Source of the DNA: Callorhinchus milii
Lineage: Eukaryota
Reading direction: 5' to 3'
Assembly: GCF_018977255.1 (NCBI RefSeq)
Contig: NW_024704742.1
Coordinates: 92,506,001 to 92,570,000 of the forward strand
Length of the DNA: 64,000 nucleotides
In this document: in pieces, positions 25,575-39,092 of the stretch
Position numbering within the stretch: the first letter of the stretch is position 1
Layout of the letters: every line of letters begins with the position of its first letter
Notes under the pieces: generated by a model
The model's database searches: none
What the model saw: the letters and a program-made list of their open reading frames with translations, nothing else
Told to the model about the DNA's origin: nothing
Position numbers and translations under genes: made by a program

Positions 25575-27232
25575 GATAGAGGGGAACCAAGAAGACAATG
25601 TTAGCGAGCAACTTGGGGGAATTAATATTAGTAAAGAAATGGTTTTAGGTAAATTGAAAAGAAAAGTAAATTGTCAGGTCTTAAAACTGATAAATCCCCT
25701 GGACCCGATGGCCTACATCCTAGGGTATTAAAAGAGATGGCTACTGCGATAGTGGATGGCTTGTCTTTGATCTTCCAAAATTCTCTGGATTCTGGAACGG
25801 TTCCCATTGATTGGAAGATTGCAAATGTAACACCACTATTTAAGAAGGGTGGGAGAGAAAAAATGGGGAACTATAGACCAGTTAGTCTGACATCAGTGGT
25901 AGGGAAAATTCTTGAGTCCTTAATTAAAGATGTCATTATGGGATTCCTGGAAGACCATAACAAGATTAGGCAGAGTCAACATGGCTTTACAAAAGGGAAG
26001 TCATGCTTAACTAATCTTTCAGAGTTTTTTGAAGATGTATCTAGCAGGTTAGATAGGGGAAACCAGTAGATGTAGTATATTTAGATTTTAAAAAGGCATT
26101 TGACAAAGTGCCACACAAAAGGCTATTGCACAAGGTTAAGGTCCACGTGATTAATGGGAACGTATTAGCATGGATTGAAGAGTGGCTAATGGGTAGAAAA
26201 CAGAGAGTAGGGATAAACGGGTCATTCTCGAATTGGCAGGATGTGACTAGTGGAGTGCCACAAGGATCAGTGCTTGGGCCTCAGCTATTTACAATTTACA
26301 TCAATGATCTAGACGAGGACATTGAATGTAACGTATCTAAATTCGCGGATGACACTAAACTAAGTGGGAGAGTAAGCTCTGAGGATGATGCAAAAAGATT
26401 GCAACGGGATATAGATAGGCTAGGAGAGTGGGCGAGTAGGTGGCAGATGGAATTTAATGTGGAGAAGTGTGAAGTTATTCACCTAGGTAGCAAAAATAGA
26501 AAAACAGATTATTTTCTAGAGGGGGAGAGATTAGATAGTGTTAGTGTTCAGAGGGATTTGGGTGTCCTTGTACACCAGTCTCAAAAAGTTAGTTTGCAGG
26601 TGCAGCAAGCAACTAAGAAGGCGAACGGCATGTTAGCGTTCATTGCAAAAGGTTTAGAGTACAAGAGTAGGGAAGTCTTGCTGCAGCTGTATAGAGCCTT
26701 GGTGAGACTGCACCGAGAGTATTGTGTGCAGTTTTGGTCTCCTTATTTAAAAAAGGACATACTTGCCCTAGAAGGGGTGCAGCGTAGATTCACTAGGTTA
26801 GTTCCTGGGATGAGGGGACTGACTTATGAGGATAGGAATAAACTAGGACTATATTCTCTAGAGTACAGAAGAATTAGGGGAGATCTTATTGAAACATATA
26901 AGATTCTTAAAGGGCTGGATAAAGTAGACACTTGTTACCTCCCCTGGTAGGAGAATCTATAACCAGGGGTCACAGTCTTAAAATTAAGGGTCAGCCTTTT
27001 AGAACAGAGTTGAGGAAACATTTCTTCACTCAGAAGGCTGTAGGTGCACAGTCCTTGAACATTTTCAAGGCTGAGACTGATAGATTTTTTTAAAAAATAG
27101 AGGGATTTGGGAATAGGGCAGGTAATTAGAGTTAGGTCTGAAGATCAGCTATGATCTTATCGAATGGCAGGGCAGGCACGAGGGGCCGAATGGCCTACTC
27201 CTGCTTCTAATTTTTATGTTCTTATGTTCTTA
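25575..27232 (+). mobile_element. CR1 LINE, 5'-truncated, reverse-transcriptase ORF2 pseudogene
   Basis: KSPGPDGLHPRVLKE, NYRPVSLTS, QHGFTKGKSCLTNL; frameshift near 26060; (LDFKKAFDKV)PH, GVPQGSVLGP, KFADDTKL; 3' tail ggccgaatggcc...ttatgttcttatgttctta. Confidence 0.95.
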
Positions 27233-28205
27233 TAATTAATTGGACAATGCAATTTGCCTTGGCTGAACATACACTCTGTTGAAGACTTCTGGCAGATCAA
27301 CAGCAAGGAATGGCAAGGAACTATGGATATGAAGTGCTCACCATGGAACTTTGCATACACTTACAGAGCCCTTGTTGAATGTTTCACTCACTGTGTGCCA
27401 TATGACTAATGATGGCAATTGAAAGAGCAATAGAGACACTCAGCCTGCAGTGTAGAGCACAGACACCGTGTTAGTGCAATATCAGTTTGACCCTTGTTAC
27501 CTCCTCAAAGTTTAGAAATGACATAAGTGCTTTAAATTGCTCATGTTTTAGTTCCTGATCTTATTTTCCTAAAAATGTCCTAAAAATTCTCAACTTTTAG
27601 GAAAGTATTTTCAAGACAGATTTTTACAGCTTTATGGGAGAGAAATGCGTTTACCCTAGTGTCCTGGCTAACAAATCCCCCCCCACCCAAAAACAAACCA
27701 ATTGGTCATTGACATCATAGCTGTTTGCAAACTGGCTGCCATGTTTGCTCACAAATACAGTCCTGCACTTTACATATATTATATATTCTGTGAAGCACTT
27801 TAAAACAACAACAACTTGAATTTACATAGAGCCCTTCGCATCGAACGGAGTCTCGGAGTGGACATATCTTCCTCATGTGAAAGGTGTTATATCAAATGCA
27901 AAGATTATTAATGGTATTTCCGATCATCATCAGCATCTTGGGAGGCAAACCCTCTTCCAGTATTTGATCCAGCGGAGTTTTCCCTGAAATTCACTTGGTT
28001 CTGTATTTCAAAGATATTTTGTTACTTTTAAGAAAGCTGTAATATTTCTGATTATTACTTTTTAACTAATTGTATCTAATGCTAATTACTCGGTACACAA
28101 AATCTGTCGAGTTGTAGGGTGTAAAACCATTTTGATGTAATGAAGCACTTTAGATGTTTTGATAAGGCACTATACCAAATACAATAATTATTATTACAAT
28201 AAGAA

Positions 28206-28380
28206 AAATCCTTGCATTTAATATAGCGCCTTATCATGTCTTCAAAATGTCTCAAAACGCTTTGCAGAATATACTGTAAAGCGAATTGACTGTATATTTG
28301 TGGGCAAAACACGGCAGTGAATTGTGCACAGCAGTGTCCCACAAACAGTCGTGGATTGAGTGACCAAATAATAATCATAA
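28206..28380 (-). mobile_element. tRNA-Ala SINE, 3' half
   Basis: aatccttgcatttaatatagcgcc...cccacaaacagtcgtggattgagtgaccaaa. Confidence 0.85.
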
Positions 28381-28721
28381 TAATTTTTGTGAATATTAAT
28401 ATTACTTGTCCAACTTGGAATCCTTCCTAAGCAATCATGTTAAGAAGTATTGAAAATTGTCCCCCACTATTATTAGCCACAAAACATACAGTCACTGCAC
28501 AATCTATCTTGGAAAGCGCTTTGAGACATTCGACTGATATGAAATGGTATATCAAATACAAGGATTATTATGAGAATACCATTACTATGCATGTTGAAGA
28601 ATAATGATGGATATACTTTATGAAAAAAACATAAAATTTCACTTCCATAGAAATTATTGGAATGTAGAAAATGGAAATATTGGTCTCAATATTATAGTAA
28701 TGATGTGAAGATTTACCATAA

Positions 28722-28841
<120 letters not shown>

Positions 28842-29067
28842 TAAGACACAATCCTTGATATAAAGTGAACCCTTTTGGATGATCAAGAAAGAAAATATTT
28901 TTGACTGTGCAGATATATTTGTGTCCACGGGTTTCCATTATATTCCACCTATTGGATATGATTTCCTAATTAGTGAGGGAATGTTTTCTGAAAGATTTTT
29001 CAAGCCTGCATTTTCTTAGGATAACCAAATTGATCGAAACACAACAAAGATGTGCCTAATTTCCCTT

Positions 29068-29414
29068 CCCAATGAGGGACCATTGGTGGTCGGGCCTTCA
29101 GCCTCTCAGCCCCGAGGCTCTGGAACTCTATCCCCCAGTGCCTTCGCCGCCTCCTCCCTCTCCTCCTTCAAGGCCGGTCTCAAAACCTTTCTCTTTGACC
29201 GAGCCTTCAGCTCCCCTCTCGACTCTCTTCCCCTTCTCGCTCCCTTCCATCCCTTCCCTCACCCTGACCATTTCCCCCCTCCTCGCTCCCTCCCCTCCCT
29301 GACCATTTCCCCCCTGCTCGGGTCATGACCCAACTGTGCAGCGCCTTGGGACGTCCTCCTGACGTGAAAGGCGCTTTATAAATGGAATCTTGTTGTTGTT
29401 GTTGTTGTTGTTGA
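29068..29414 (+). mobile_element. Young L2 3' fragment with (TTG)n tail
   Basis: GPSASQ...SSFKAGLKTFLFDRAFSSPLDSLP also seen in the 9207 copy; gcgccttgggacgtcctcctgacgtgaaaggcgc...(ttg)n. Confidence 0.92.
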
Positions 29415-29747
29415 GTTAGGTGCTAAGAGTCTACTCCACCTTGTAGACTGATTGGTTCAGTCAAACTACACACAGTGGAGCCAGATTCATATTCTATAAA
29501 ATCATTTAATTTGGAGCCCGTGATGTTTTTTTCAAGAATCGGACTCAACTCTTGCTTTAAGCCCTCTACTTTCACACAAACATCGAGGGTAGTGTTTATC
29601 TGTCTCATTGAAGTAAAATTACCGTTTAATTTATTTTATTATTCATGGGACATTAATTGTCAAAAAGTTCCAAGCGCCAATCTATCAATACCATGAAAAA
29701 CATATCGGTTATACAGTACTTGAATAGTCAGTCTCCTCCACAGTGTA

Positions 29748-30230
29748 TGTGTCAGCCTGGCTCAGTTGGTAACACTCTCACCTCTGAGTCAGAAGGTTGT
29801 GAGATCCAGCACCACATTGGGACAAGGAACCCCTATGCTGACACTCTAATACAATGCTGTATTGTTGGAGGTTCTGACTTTTTGGATCAGATGTTAAACT
29901 GAGATCCCACCTAGTTGTCCAGATGGACATTAAAGATCTCATGGCACTATTTGAAAAGAAAAGGGATTTTTTTCCAGTGTGCTGGCCAACACTACCCCAA
30001 ATAAAATTGGTCACTCACTCCATAGCTGTTTGTGGGACATTGCTGTGTGCAAATTGGCTGCTGCATTCGCCCACACAATCATACCAATTTAACAACAACA
30101 AGATTACATTTGTATAGTGCCTTTCACGTCGGGAGGACGTCCCAAGGTGCTGATTTACAGTATATGAAGCTCTTTGAGATATCTCAACATGATAAAAGTG
30201 CTGTATCAAATGCAAACATTATTATTTTAT
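29748..30230 (+). mobile_element. Deu-domain SINE with an inverted L2 tail inserted at 30090-30152
   Basis: Head tgtcagcctggctcagttggtaacactctcacctctgagtcagaaggttg; core ggacattaaagatctcatggcactatttgaa; insert aacaacaacaagattacatttgtatagtgcctttcacgtcgggaggacgtcccaagg. Confidence 0.85.
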
Positions 30231-30319
30231 TATGAGATCGACATTATAAATATTGGAATATTTGAAATGAAAGTTATATGAGGCATTGATCACTTTTGAG
30301 CAGCCGAAGATATTCCTGT

Positions 30320-30725
30320 AACAACAACAAAATTCCATTTGGATAGCGCCCTTCATGTCGGGGGGATGTCCAAAGGCGCTGGACAGTCAATGTTTAGGAA
30401 CCGAACTGGGTGTCAGGATCGGGGAGTTGGAGGGCAGGGGGGAAGGAGGGTGATCAGTCGACGAGGAGGGTCTTGACATGGGTCTTGAAGGAGGCAAGGG
30501 AGGGGGTAAGGTGGAAGGACTGCGTGATGGAGTTCCAGAGAGTGGGAGTAGAGTGGCTGAAGAACTGCCCGTCAATGGTGGGGTGGGCAAGGTGGGGGAC
30601 GTGAAGCAGGCCACAGCCCGCTGAGCGGAGGGATAGGGCAAGTTGATAGGGTCACGGAGACTAGTGCAGGAGAGGACACGGGCGGCAGAGTTCTGGATGA
30701 TCTGCAGCCTATGGAGGGAGGAGTA
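30320..30725 (-). mobile_element. L2 LINE 3' fragment with internal deletion
   Basis: SSLHRLQIIQNSAARVLS in minus ORF; (TTG)n tail at 30320. Confidence 0.88.
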
Positions 30726-30935
30726 GGACACACAAGGGAAGATCATAGCATTCTGATAATTCAATTGTTGACAGTCATTTTGGCCCTTGTTATATAGTTT
30801 AGTTGTTCACTAACAAAATGCACAGTCATTCTACTTTACAGTATATCTTGTGAAGTGCTTTGGGATATCCACCTGACATGAAAGGCATTATTATTAGATG
30901 AAAACATGTGGTGGCCACTGATGAGACAATTGTAA

Positions 30936-31178
<243 letters not shown>

Positions 31179-31789
31179 TAATTCCACCTAATTATTGAGG
31201 AAAACGTACAGGGGCAATTCTCTGATTAGATCAGAGGGTGTGGTGTGAGCTTGCCATAGAAAAATCCCATTATATACGTATCAAGGTTGGTGAGTTTACT
31301 GAACGGTCAAGAATAAGATTTGTGGGTCTGCCAAAGTCAGAAAGGAATTGTCCACCATTGGAGAATAACCCATCTTTGCATAATACAATACAAGTTTACA
31401 TTTAAAGATCACCTTTCAAGTCGTAAGCTGCTTAACAATACTCGGTAGGCACCCGAGCTGGGGTTAGAACCTATGAGGGTGGGGAGAGGAAAGAGGACCG
31501 AAAAAGAGTGGTCAAAGAGAATATCTTGAGATGAACCTTGAATGAAATGAGGGAGAGAGCGAGTCGAAGGATTTTGCGATGGAGTTTTTTTTTAACATCA
31601 CTGTAGTTAGTAATGGTAACAAAACAGAATGATTACATTTTAAAACTTTTATTTGTTTCATTTTAAATCTTTCCCCCACGTTAGGGGATTTTATTTATTG
31701 ACTATAGATCTTCCAAAACCATGTGTTGTGGATATATATATATGCAAATATGGTTCTGTCCCCAAATCCAGGTTAAGTTTGAAATCCAA

Positions 31790-32128
31790 AACTTGCACTG
31801 AACGCCATACACCCAGTCCTCCCCAGACTCCATTGGCTCACTGATTTCTAGTAGATCATTTTCAGGGTCCTCACTCTCACCTATAAATCCTTCATCCCCT
31901 ACCAATTCGTTATCTCTCCATTTTTCTCTTATCCCACTCCTCACATGTCTCCTCTGCCCAGCAAGCTCTGGCTTGCTCCATGTCCCATGCCCTCTCTGCA
32001 TCACCATCTGTGGCCGTGCCTTCAGATTCTATGCTGCTAACCTCTGGCACTCCCTCCCTCTACACCTTTATCTTGCCAACCCCCTGCCTTCAAATCCTAC
32101 CTTAAATCCTAGTTCTTTGAATGCGTCT
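31790..32128 (+). mobile_element. Old L2 fragment
   Basis: ccagactccattggctc...ctcacctataaatccttcat...ggcttgctccatgtccc...ggccgtgccttcag...ccttcaaatcctaccttaaa, L2 ORF2 3' motifs. Confidence 0.7.
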
Positions 32129-32129
32129 A

Positions 32130-32910
32130 TAACAACAACAACAAAATTACATTTGTATAGAGGCTTTCATGTCGGGAGGACATCCCGAGGTGCTGGATAG
32201 TCAGTGTTTAGGACCTGAGCGGGGGTTGTGATTGGGGAGAGTTGAGGCCAGGGGGGAAGGAGGGTGATCGAAAGCACAGTTGAAGAGAAGGGTCTTGAGA
32301 TGGGTCTTGAAGGAGGCAAGGGAGGGGGCGAGGCAGAGGGACTGCGGGATGGAGTTCCAGAGGGTGAGAGCAGAATGGCAGAAGGCTTGCCCACCAATGG
32401 TGGGGCGAGCGAGGTGGGGGACGTGAAGCAGGCCAGAGCCCGGTGAGTGGAAGGAGCGGACAGGATGGTAGGGGGTTAGGAGGTTGCAGAGGTAGGGGGA
32501 AGCAAGGCCATGGAGGGCTTTGAAGGTGAAGACCAGGATCTTGAACTGTATCCTCTGTGTAATGGGAAGCCAGTGGAGTTGGCGAGGATGGGGGTGATAG
32601 GGTCATGGAGCCTGGTGTGGGAGAGGATACGGGCTGCAGAGATCTGGATGATCTGCAGCCTATGGAGGGAGGAGTTGGGGAGGCCGACAAGCAGGGAGTT
32701 TGCACAGTCGAGCCTGGATGTTATGAATGTGTGTGTGATGGTTTTGGCGGCCTGTGATGTGAGACAGTGGCAGAGCTGGGTGATGTTGCAGAGTTGGGGG
32801 AAGGCAGAGAGGGTCATGGCACGGATGTAGGGTAGAAAGGATAGTTGAGGGTCAAACAAGATGCCAAGGTTCGGACTGGCTTATTAAGGTGAAGTGTGCA
32901 TCCATGGTAT
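32130..32910 (-). mobile_element. L2 LINE 3' fragment
   Basis: [28 protein letters not shown]...DPITPILA; (TTG)n tail at 32130. Confidence 0.92.
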
Positions 32911-33309
32911 AACCTCCGCCTCCTCCTTCCCCCTACCCCTCTCTCACCTCCCTTGCTCAGCGTCCCATCTTTGTGAAGTTCTCTGAGACGTAAATAGTGC
33001 TGTATAAATGCAAGTCATTGTTGTTGAAATATATTGTTCAAAACCTCTCTGTGGTTACGTTCTTTGGTATATGTTCCTCTGCCAGTTTACATTGAGTTAT
33101 TTTTAACATTGAGTTCTCTTGCTCTTCCAAGCATATTTATTCTTTCGAATCATAGCTTGTGTCAATCATAATAGTTTTGAATAACAATGCGCTATATGCT
33201 TGGGGAGTGCTGTAGTCTTCCGAAGATGTATCCTGACCAGATTAAATCTGTAGTGGGGTCTTTTTGTGAACAAAGATCTATTAAAGTCAGAACATGTGGA
33301 TAAGGTGTG

Positions 33310-33790
33310 TCCTGGATCAGTTGGTAGTTTCTGAGTCAGTTTGTGAGTTCAAGCACCAAATTGAGACTTTAAGCATAGTTAGGCTGATGCTCCAGTGCAT
33401 TGCTGTGGGGATGATGCTTTTACAGAAATGTTGTCCTTTGGATGAGATGTTAGACTGAAGTCTATTTTGCCTGTTCAGGTAGATGTTCAACATCCCATGA
33501 TACCATTCAAGATGAGAGTTTCGCCTGGTGTCCTGGCCAAAAATTTCCCCAGATAAAATTTGTCATTTATTTCATTACTTCTGGCATTACTTCATTATAT
33601 GCTGTGTACATATTAACTTTTCTGTGGTTAAGCTCTTTGGTATAATGGCTTTCTCTGCCAGTGTGATTTTTACATTGAGTTTTCTTGCTGTACTTAATAC
33701 AGTCACTACACTTTACAGTAAATCCTATGAAGCACTTTGAGATCCTTCCAACATAAAAATTGTTTTATTGAATGCAAGGATTATAATTAT
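33310..33790 (+). mobile_element. Degenerate Deu-domain SINE
   Basis: ctgagtcag...tggatgagatgttagactg...cctgttcaggtagatgttcaacatcccatg...ggtgtcctggccaa...aatgcaaggattat. Confidence 0.7.
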
Positions 33791-34751
33791 TATTTTAATG
33801 AGTTTAGCTTTATTATTTGGAGAGCACAGAACACACAATATTACAAAGTGCAATTGTGTTTTCCAGGGTTACTCACTCAATAACAGGAACAACTGGTTCA
33901 GATGTAGTTTTATTATTATTTTTAATGTTAAGATCTCAACATTTTTGGATAATATTTCATCTTAGAAACCCTCTGCTACACTTTGTTTCTTTGCTCATTG
34001 TTTAGCTAAGTAATGAGGTGCAGCAAAAATAGCATGAAAGTCAATGACATGTTGCATGGCACATTTTGTTCTGACAAAGCTTCAGTTGTGTGAATCTTCA
34101 AAAATGTGCCAAGAGCTTTAGCCAAGCTAATCAATATGGAAGAAGGTATATTTTGTCTGCAAGGAATTGATTTGCTTGGGAAAAAAGGAAACAGTATTGA
34201 TCTTTGAATAACAGGAACAAAATAATCATTGATTTTAACTAGCAAATCCACCATCCAATAAGATGAGTAAATCAGACTGTTTTGATCCTGCTTGAGGAAT
34301 GCTATATAAATACAAGCTGTTATTGTTGTTTATGTGTAATTCACATGAAAAGGAAAATAAGTTTGAAGCAGCTATTAAGAAAATTAACGATTGTCAAATT
34401 CGGTCAAAGTAATGACTAACCGAGAAGGAAATTGAAAATTCGCTTGTCTGTGGTCGAATACCCTTTATTTGACACATGAAGTAGTCTGACCAATGGAGCA
34501 AAGAAACTGAACGTGTGTGTGTTTGGTTTCAGATAAAGCTGATGTACATTGAACCCCAAATCAAGCACTGTGATGTTGGGATCTAACCCTAACGTGTGTT
34601 ATTTGCAAAATGGCTAATTGCATTCTCTGAAAGCAAATAATAATGTTGGATTGATATAAAATTGAAATACTTTTAACCCACAGATCAAATGTTGGGATCC
34701 CAAATGCATTGTTTCCAAAATAACACGTTGCAATTTCTGAAAATCACCACA

Positions 34752-35110
34752 ATAATAATCCTTGCATTTGATATTGTGCTTATCACTTCTTCAGATGTCT
34801 CAAAGCACTTCAGAATATATTGTAAAGTGAATTGACTGTATATTTTGTGGGCAAAACGCAGCAGCCAATTACACATAACAGTGTCCCACAAACAGTCGTG
34901 GGTTGAAGTGACTATAGTTATTTTTTTTGAAGGAATTATTGCCCCAGAAAAGCGATCTATCAATCGACTAACAATTAGGTTCCTATTTACTGCTACGTGA
35001 ACAGAGCCGTGTGGAGTAAGGAAACTTGCCCAACATTTCACCCTGTTAGGAATCAAACCCAGGTCTCTTGCTTGCGAGGCGAGTGCTCTAACCACCGAAC
35101 TACAGAGCTT
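34752..35110 (-). mobile_element. tRNA-Ala SINE, long form
   Basis: Complete head, central segment and tail matching other copies. Confidence 0.9.
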
Positions 35111-36664
35111 CATTCCAATGCCAGAGACTACAGAGCAAATGGCATTTTATTCCCCAGTTTTCTCTCCACTTTGGCAATGATTGAAGCTTTTAGAAAATGC
35201 AATTTGCCATTTTACAAATAACGCCAATTAGTCAGGAGAATGGAAGTCTCAATTTCCACTTCCCATCCCCTTCTGCAAATATTACAAATTAGATCTCATT
35301 GCGTTAATAAATGATAAATCACATTTTGTATTAAACTCGGTTTTGAATTTTTGCGTTTTTAATAGAAAAATAGCCTCTTTCCTCCAACACTTTATTTGTT
35401 CAAGTTAATGAAGGTTCTCTCAGGAACATTATGGTTATAGCTCAGTTTGCACATGGATAAGATCTTATATATTAAAGGTCACTGCAAAGCGTACAAAGTC
35501 ATCTGTTTAATCAAAACTAAATCAATATAGATGCTGATTATTTTCTATCAGACTCAACAATGAATTAATTGAAAATTGAAGTACTTCTGACTGGATGAGC
35601 GGGCAGTCAGTTCCCCCAGTCAATTCATTTATTCAGCTCTACAGCTCCTCTGTGATACTTTTGAATGCTTGTTCATTTTCTAATGGGAACAATTTCAAAC
35701 TGCTGCTTGCTGCTCTTTCTATAATAGTAGAAATATGCTGCAGAGTGATGTTATGCAAGCATTTTGTTTCAAGCTTCATCATGAAGGGCTTTTGCCTTTT
35801 GCAGGCTAGGTTTCACATTAATTTGCAGCGTGAAATTTGCAGAACAGTGTGTGCATTGTTTTTCTCTGGTGTAATACGTATTAGCAAAAGTACAGTAGAT
35901 GTACAAAGTGATTATGACATGTGACACTGACCATATCATTCGATTTTTCTGGTTTCTGATTATAGATGACATTTTAACGATTTCTTGTGGCAATATAATT
36001 ATGAAACTGGCTGCAATAAAAAAGTTTTAAAGATTGAATGTTACTATCCAGTTCAATGATTCTCAGTATTGTTGGTTATTTACCCCTTCTTAAAACAACA
36101 ACAACTTGCATTTATATAGCACCCTTCACACGGGATAGCATCCCGGAGCACTTCAAAAATCCCCATGCTGGACACTTCCAAACTGCCCTTCCTCCCCAAG
36201 ATGCTGGATCGAGTTGCCTCCCAGCTATGTTCCTTCCTCTCCCACTGTGTGAGTCTCCAATCTGGCTTCCTCTCTATAACCAGTACAGAGAGGTAGCTTT
36301 GGTCCAAATCACTAGTGTCATTCTTCTTTGTCTTAAAAGAACTTGCGGAAACCCAGATTCACAGTGAGGACTGCTTTTAATTCTGGATGTTCTAAAATAA
36401 TATTAATAAATAATAATCCTTGCATTTCGTAAAGTGCCTTATCACATCATCGAAGGATGTCCCAAAGAGTTTTGCAGGTTTTACTGTAAAGTGTAGTGAT
36501 GGTGTATCTGTAGGTGAACATAGCACCCACAAACGCAAACAGCCACAAAGTGAATGAGGTGAAATTTTATGTGAATGATTTAAATTGCTTCATAGTAGAG
36601 TGAATCTAGAATTAGGTGGAATTTCTCTCCATGGCTGTTGTCAGGCAATTCCACCAGAAGGGGC

Positions 36665-36870
36665 TTACAGCTGAACCCGATCTGATTTCTGTGCAATATG
36701 CATACATGGTGCTTTGATGGTCTTACATTCATTGTCATTCCAAGCCTGGGGCCAATTGTAATGTGCGCCTCCTCCCACCATCTGCTATAATGATAACGCT
36801 CTGTTAACCTAGCACAGACCTGGGTTGGACTCCATGGTTTGTGATTGTGTGGCTCAGTGCTACACTGGCA
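36665..36870 (-). mobile_element. Ancient SINE relic (AmnSINE2-like)
   Basis: acagctgaacccgatc...ggccaattgta...ctagcacagacc...tggctcagtgctacac; reverse-complement similarity to 24200-24365. Confidence 0.45.
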
Positions 36871-37194
36871 GTTTGTTGCCTGTTTATAATACAGCAACAA
36901 CAAATTTAGATTTGTATAGTGACTTTCATGTTGGCAGGATATCCCAAGGTGCTTAACAATACTGGCTTGGTACCAGTAATGGGAAAATACGTAATAAAAC
37001 AAATGATAATATAGTGATCTGCGTGTGATAGAAGACTCCATGGTAAATTGTTTCTTTTCCCACTGACAGTGTGGAAGTAATCATTGAGAAATGATCCAAC
37101 TTCCAATCTTCTCTCCTTGCTGGACTGAAAGGGTCATTTGATGCTCAGTGCAATACATCCAGCATATCATTAGGGAAGCCCACCTTCTGGCTAT

Positions 37195-37312
37195 TATTAT
37201 TTGGTCACCCGGGTGTCTGACACGTGCAGAAACACATCACCATGCTTAAGTGTATCAAACTAAACAAACTAAAAGTTCCATACATCCCACCTACACATGG
37301 AAATTCCAGAGA
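37195..37312 (-). mobile_element. Repeat family X, 3' end only
   Basis: ttattatttggtcacccgggtgtctgacac...catgcttaag...catcccacctacacatggaaattccagag. Confidence 0.8.
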
Positions 37313-38644
37313 TATTTATTGGAATGGCTTTTATTCCCTAATTTGACTTTTCTTCCACTTCATAAATGTATTTTTTGGAAACAATTACTTACCTTGAAGA
37401 ACTTCTCAGCTATTTTCAAAAGTTTGAGCACGTGATGATAGGTCCATCGATATGTATTGTTTCAAGAAACTACTTTGGATTTGGCTTTGATGCAAGAGGT
37501 GGGCCTTTCCTCCTCAATTCGTAATAACTTGTGGAAAATTTAATCCACAATTGTAGTAGCTGTAATAGGCAAGGAGGGCTTGAGAAAATACTGGATCCAG
37601 TCACTGAAGTTAAGGTACTTACATGTTTTCCCATGACATACACAGTCACTGTACTTTATAATATATCCTGCGAAGCACTTTGAAATGTCCTCCCAACCTG
37701 AAAGGCGCTATATCAAATGCAAACCTTATACTTGTTGTTTCTCAAATCTTTCAAGTTTACAATATTTGGAATAAGTCGAAAGTAAACCATTTAATAATAT
37801 TTTTAGATAATAAGGTTTGCATTTGATATAACACCTTTTACATTGGGAGGACATCTCAAATTGCTTCACAGAATATACCGTGAAGTGAACTTGTGTTTTG
37901 TGGGCGAACGATATGACAAATTATTTTTGAATGAAAGAAAATAACTCTTGACCTTCACTACTTTGTAGTGAGAGTAAACTACATTCTAAAATGTTCCCAT
38001 AAATAGTCAGCATCTTCTTAAGGTTTTGTGCTTGAAGTTTAACGTTGTGCCTTTCATGCTGGCACCTAACCAATTAAATCACTTACTATCCTTCTGAAAC
38101 TGAAGATGTATAACTTTCACTTCAAAGAGTGCTGCTTTGTATAGTGTAATGGAATAATTTGAAGGATTCTAAGATTTGAGACGCAATGCCACATAAGTTC
38201 TGTGAACTGGAAACAAACTTTTGTTATGACAACCTGAATGCTTTTTTTTAATGTGTAAAAGGAAACCTGTTTGAAAAACTGCTTAGTGGATTTATGAAAA
38301 TGAAATGCAAACTGTATCTTATTAATATTGTGTGCCACATGCGGTCTGTACTGAAGTCACTCCGTGTGCTCACAATGTGCAATGATTGCACTGTAGCCCC
38401 ACGGTAGACTTCCACATCCAGAGAACAAAAAGAGATTGCATGTTCCAATAATGGAGGTGGGGAGGAGGCAAAACAGAGTGCATCAGAAATTAAACCCAGG
38501 ATTACGTCAATGTCCCAAGTGGCATTTTTGCTAAAGTTTAAAATCTATTATTGCCTAATATAAACTTTTGTGTCGTGTTTTGCTCACTGTGATCAACCTT
38601 TTTTTTACACTGCAGGCATTTAATTAAAGGTATATAAAATTATT

Positions 38645-38883
38645 GGGTTAAAATTCTTCCTAGTTCTAGATTTACTCAATTAAAGTGGCATTTTAGGTCG
38701 TCCAGAATTTGGCAAATTGTCAAATTCACTCTTAACTTTGAAACTTGCTTTCTGCAGTTCTTAAAGAGCTTAATAGAAAAAATGTCTTCAAAATTAAGTT
38801 TTTTTAAATGAATTTGACAAATTCTGGACACTCTAAAATGCTACTTCATTACCGTGAATCTAGATTCTGGTAGAATGTCACCG
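38645..38883. mobile_element. Foldback MITE-like element, second copy
   Basis: gtccagaatttg/caaattctggac exact inverted arms; tctagatttactc shared with the 17600 copy; same length. Confidence 0.75.
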
Positions 38884-39092
38884 CTCTTATATTACCTTTC
38901 TGTTTTAACATTGATTTTCTTTCTCTTCCTTATCTTCCCTTTCCCCAGTTGGCTGTATCAAATACAGAATTCAAGCACCAGTAATCTTTTAGTTACCCAT
39001 TTATAATAGAAAAATGTGTAATGAAATAAATGCTCATTCCACTGTGTATCATTTCTTTTGCCATGGCTTTTCTCATTGCCAGTTATTTCTGT

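Noticed and set aside
26108..26950. 280-aa reverse-transcriptase ORF as a host gene or novel RT system
   Set aside because: It is ordinary CR1 ORF2: 5'-truncated, frameshifted near 26060, prematurely terminated and followed by a CR1 tail.
35715..35730. MEF2 site (ctataatag)
   Set aside because: One base short of the CTA(A/T)4TAG consensus.
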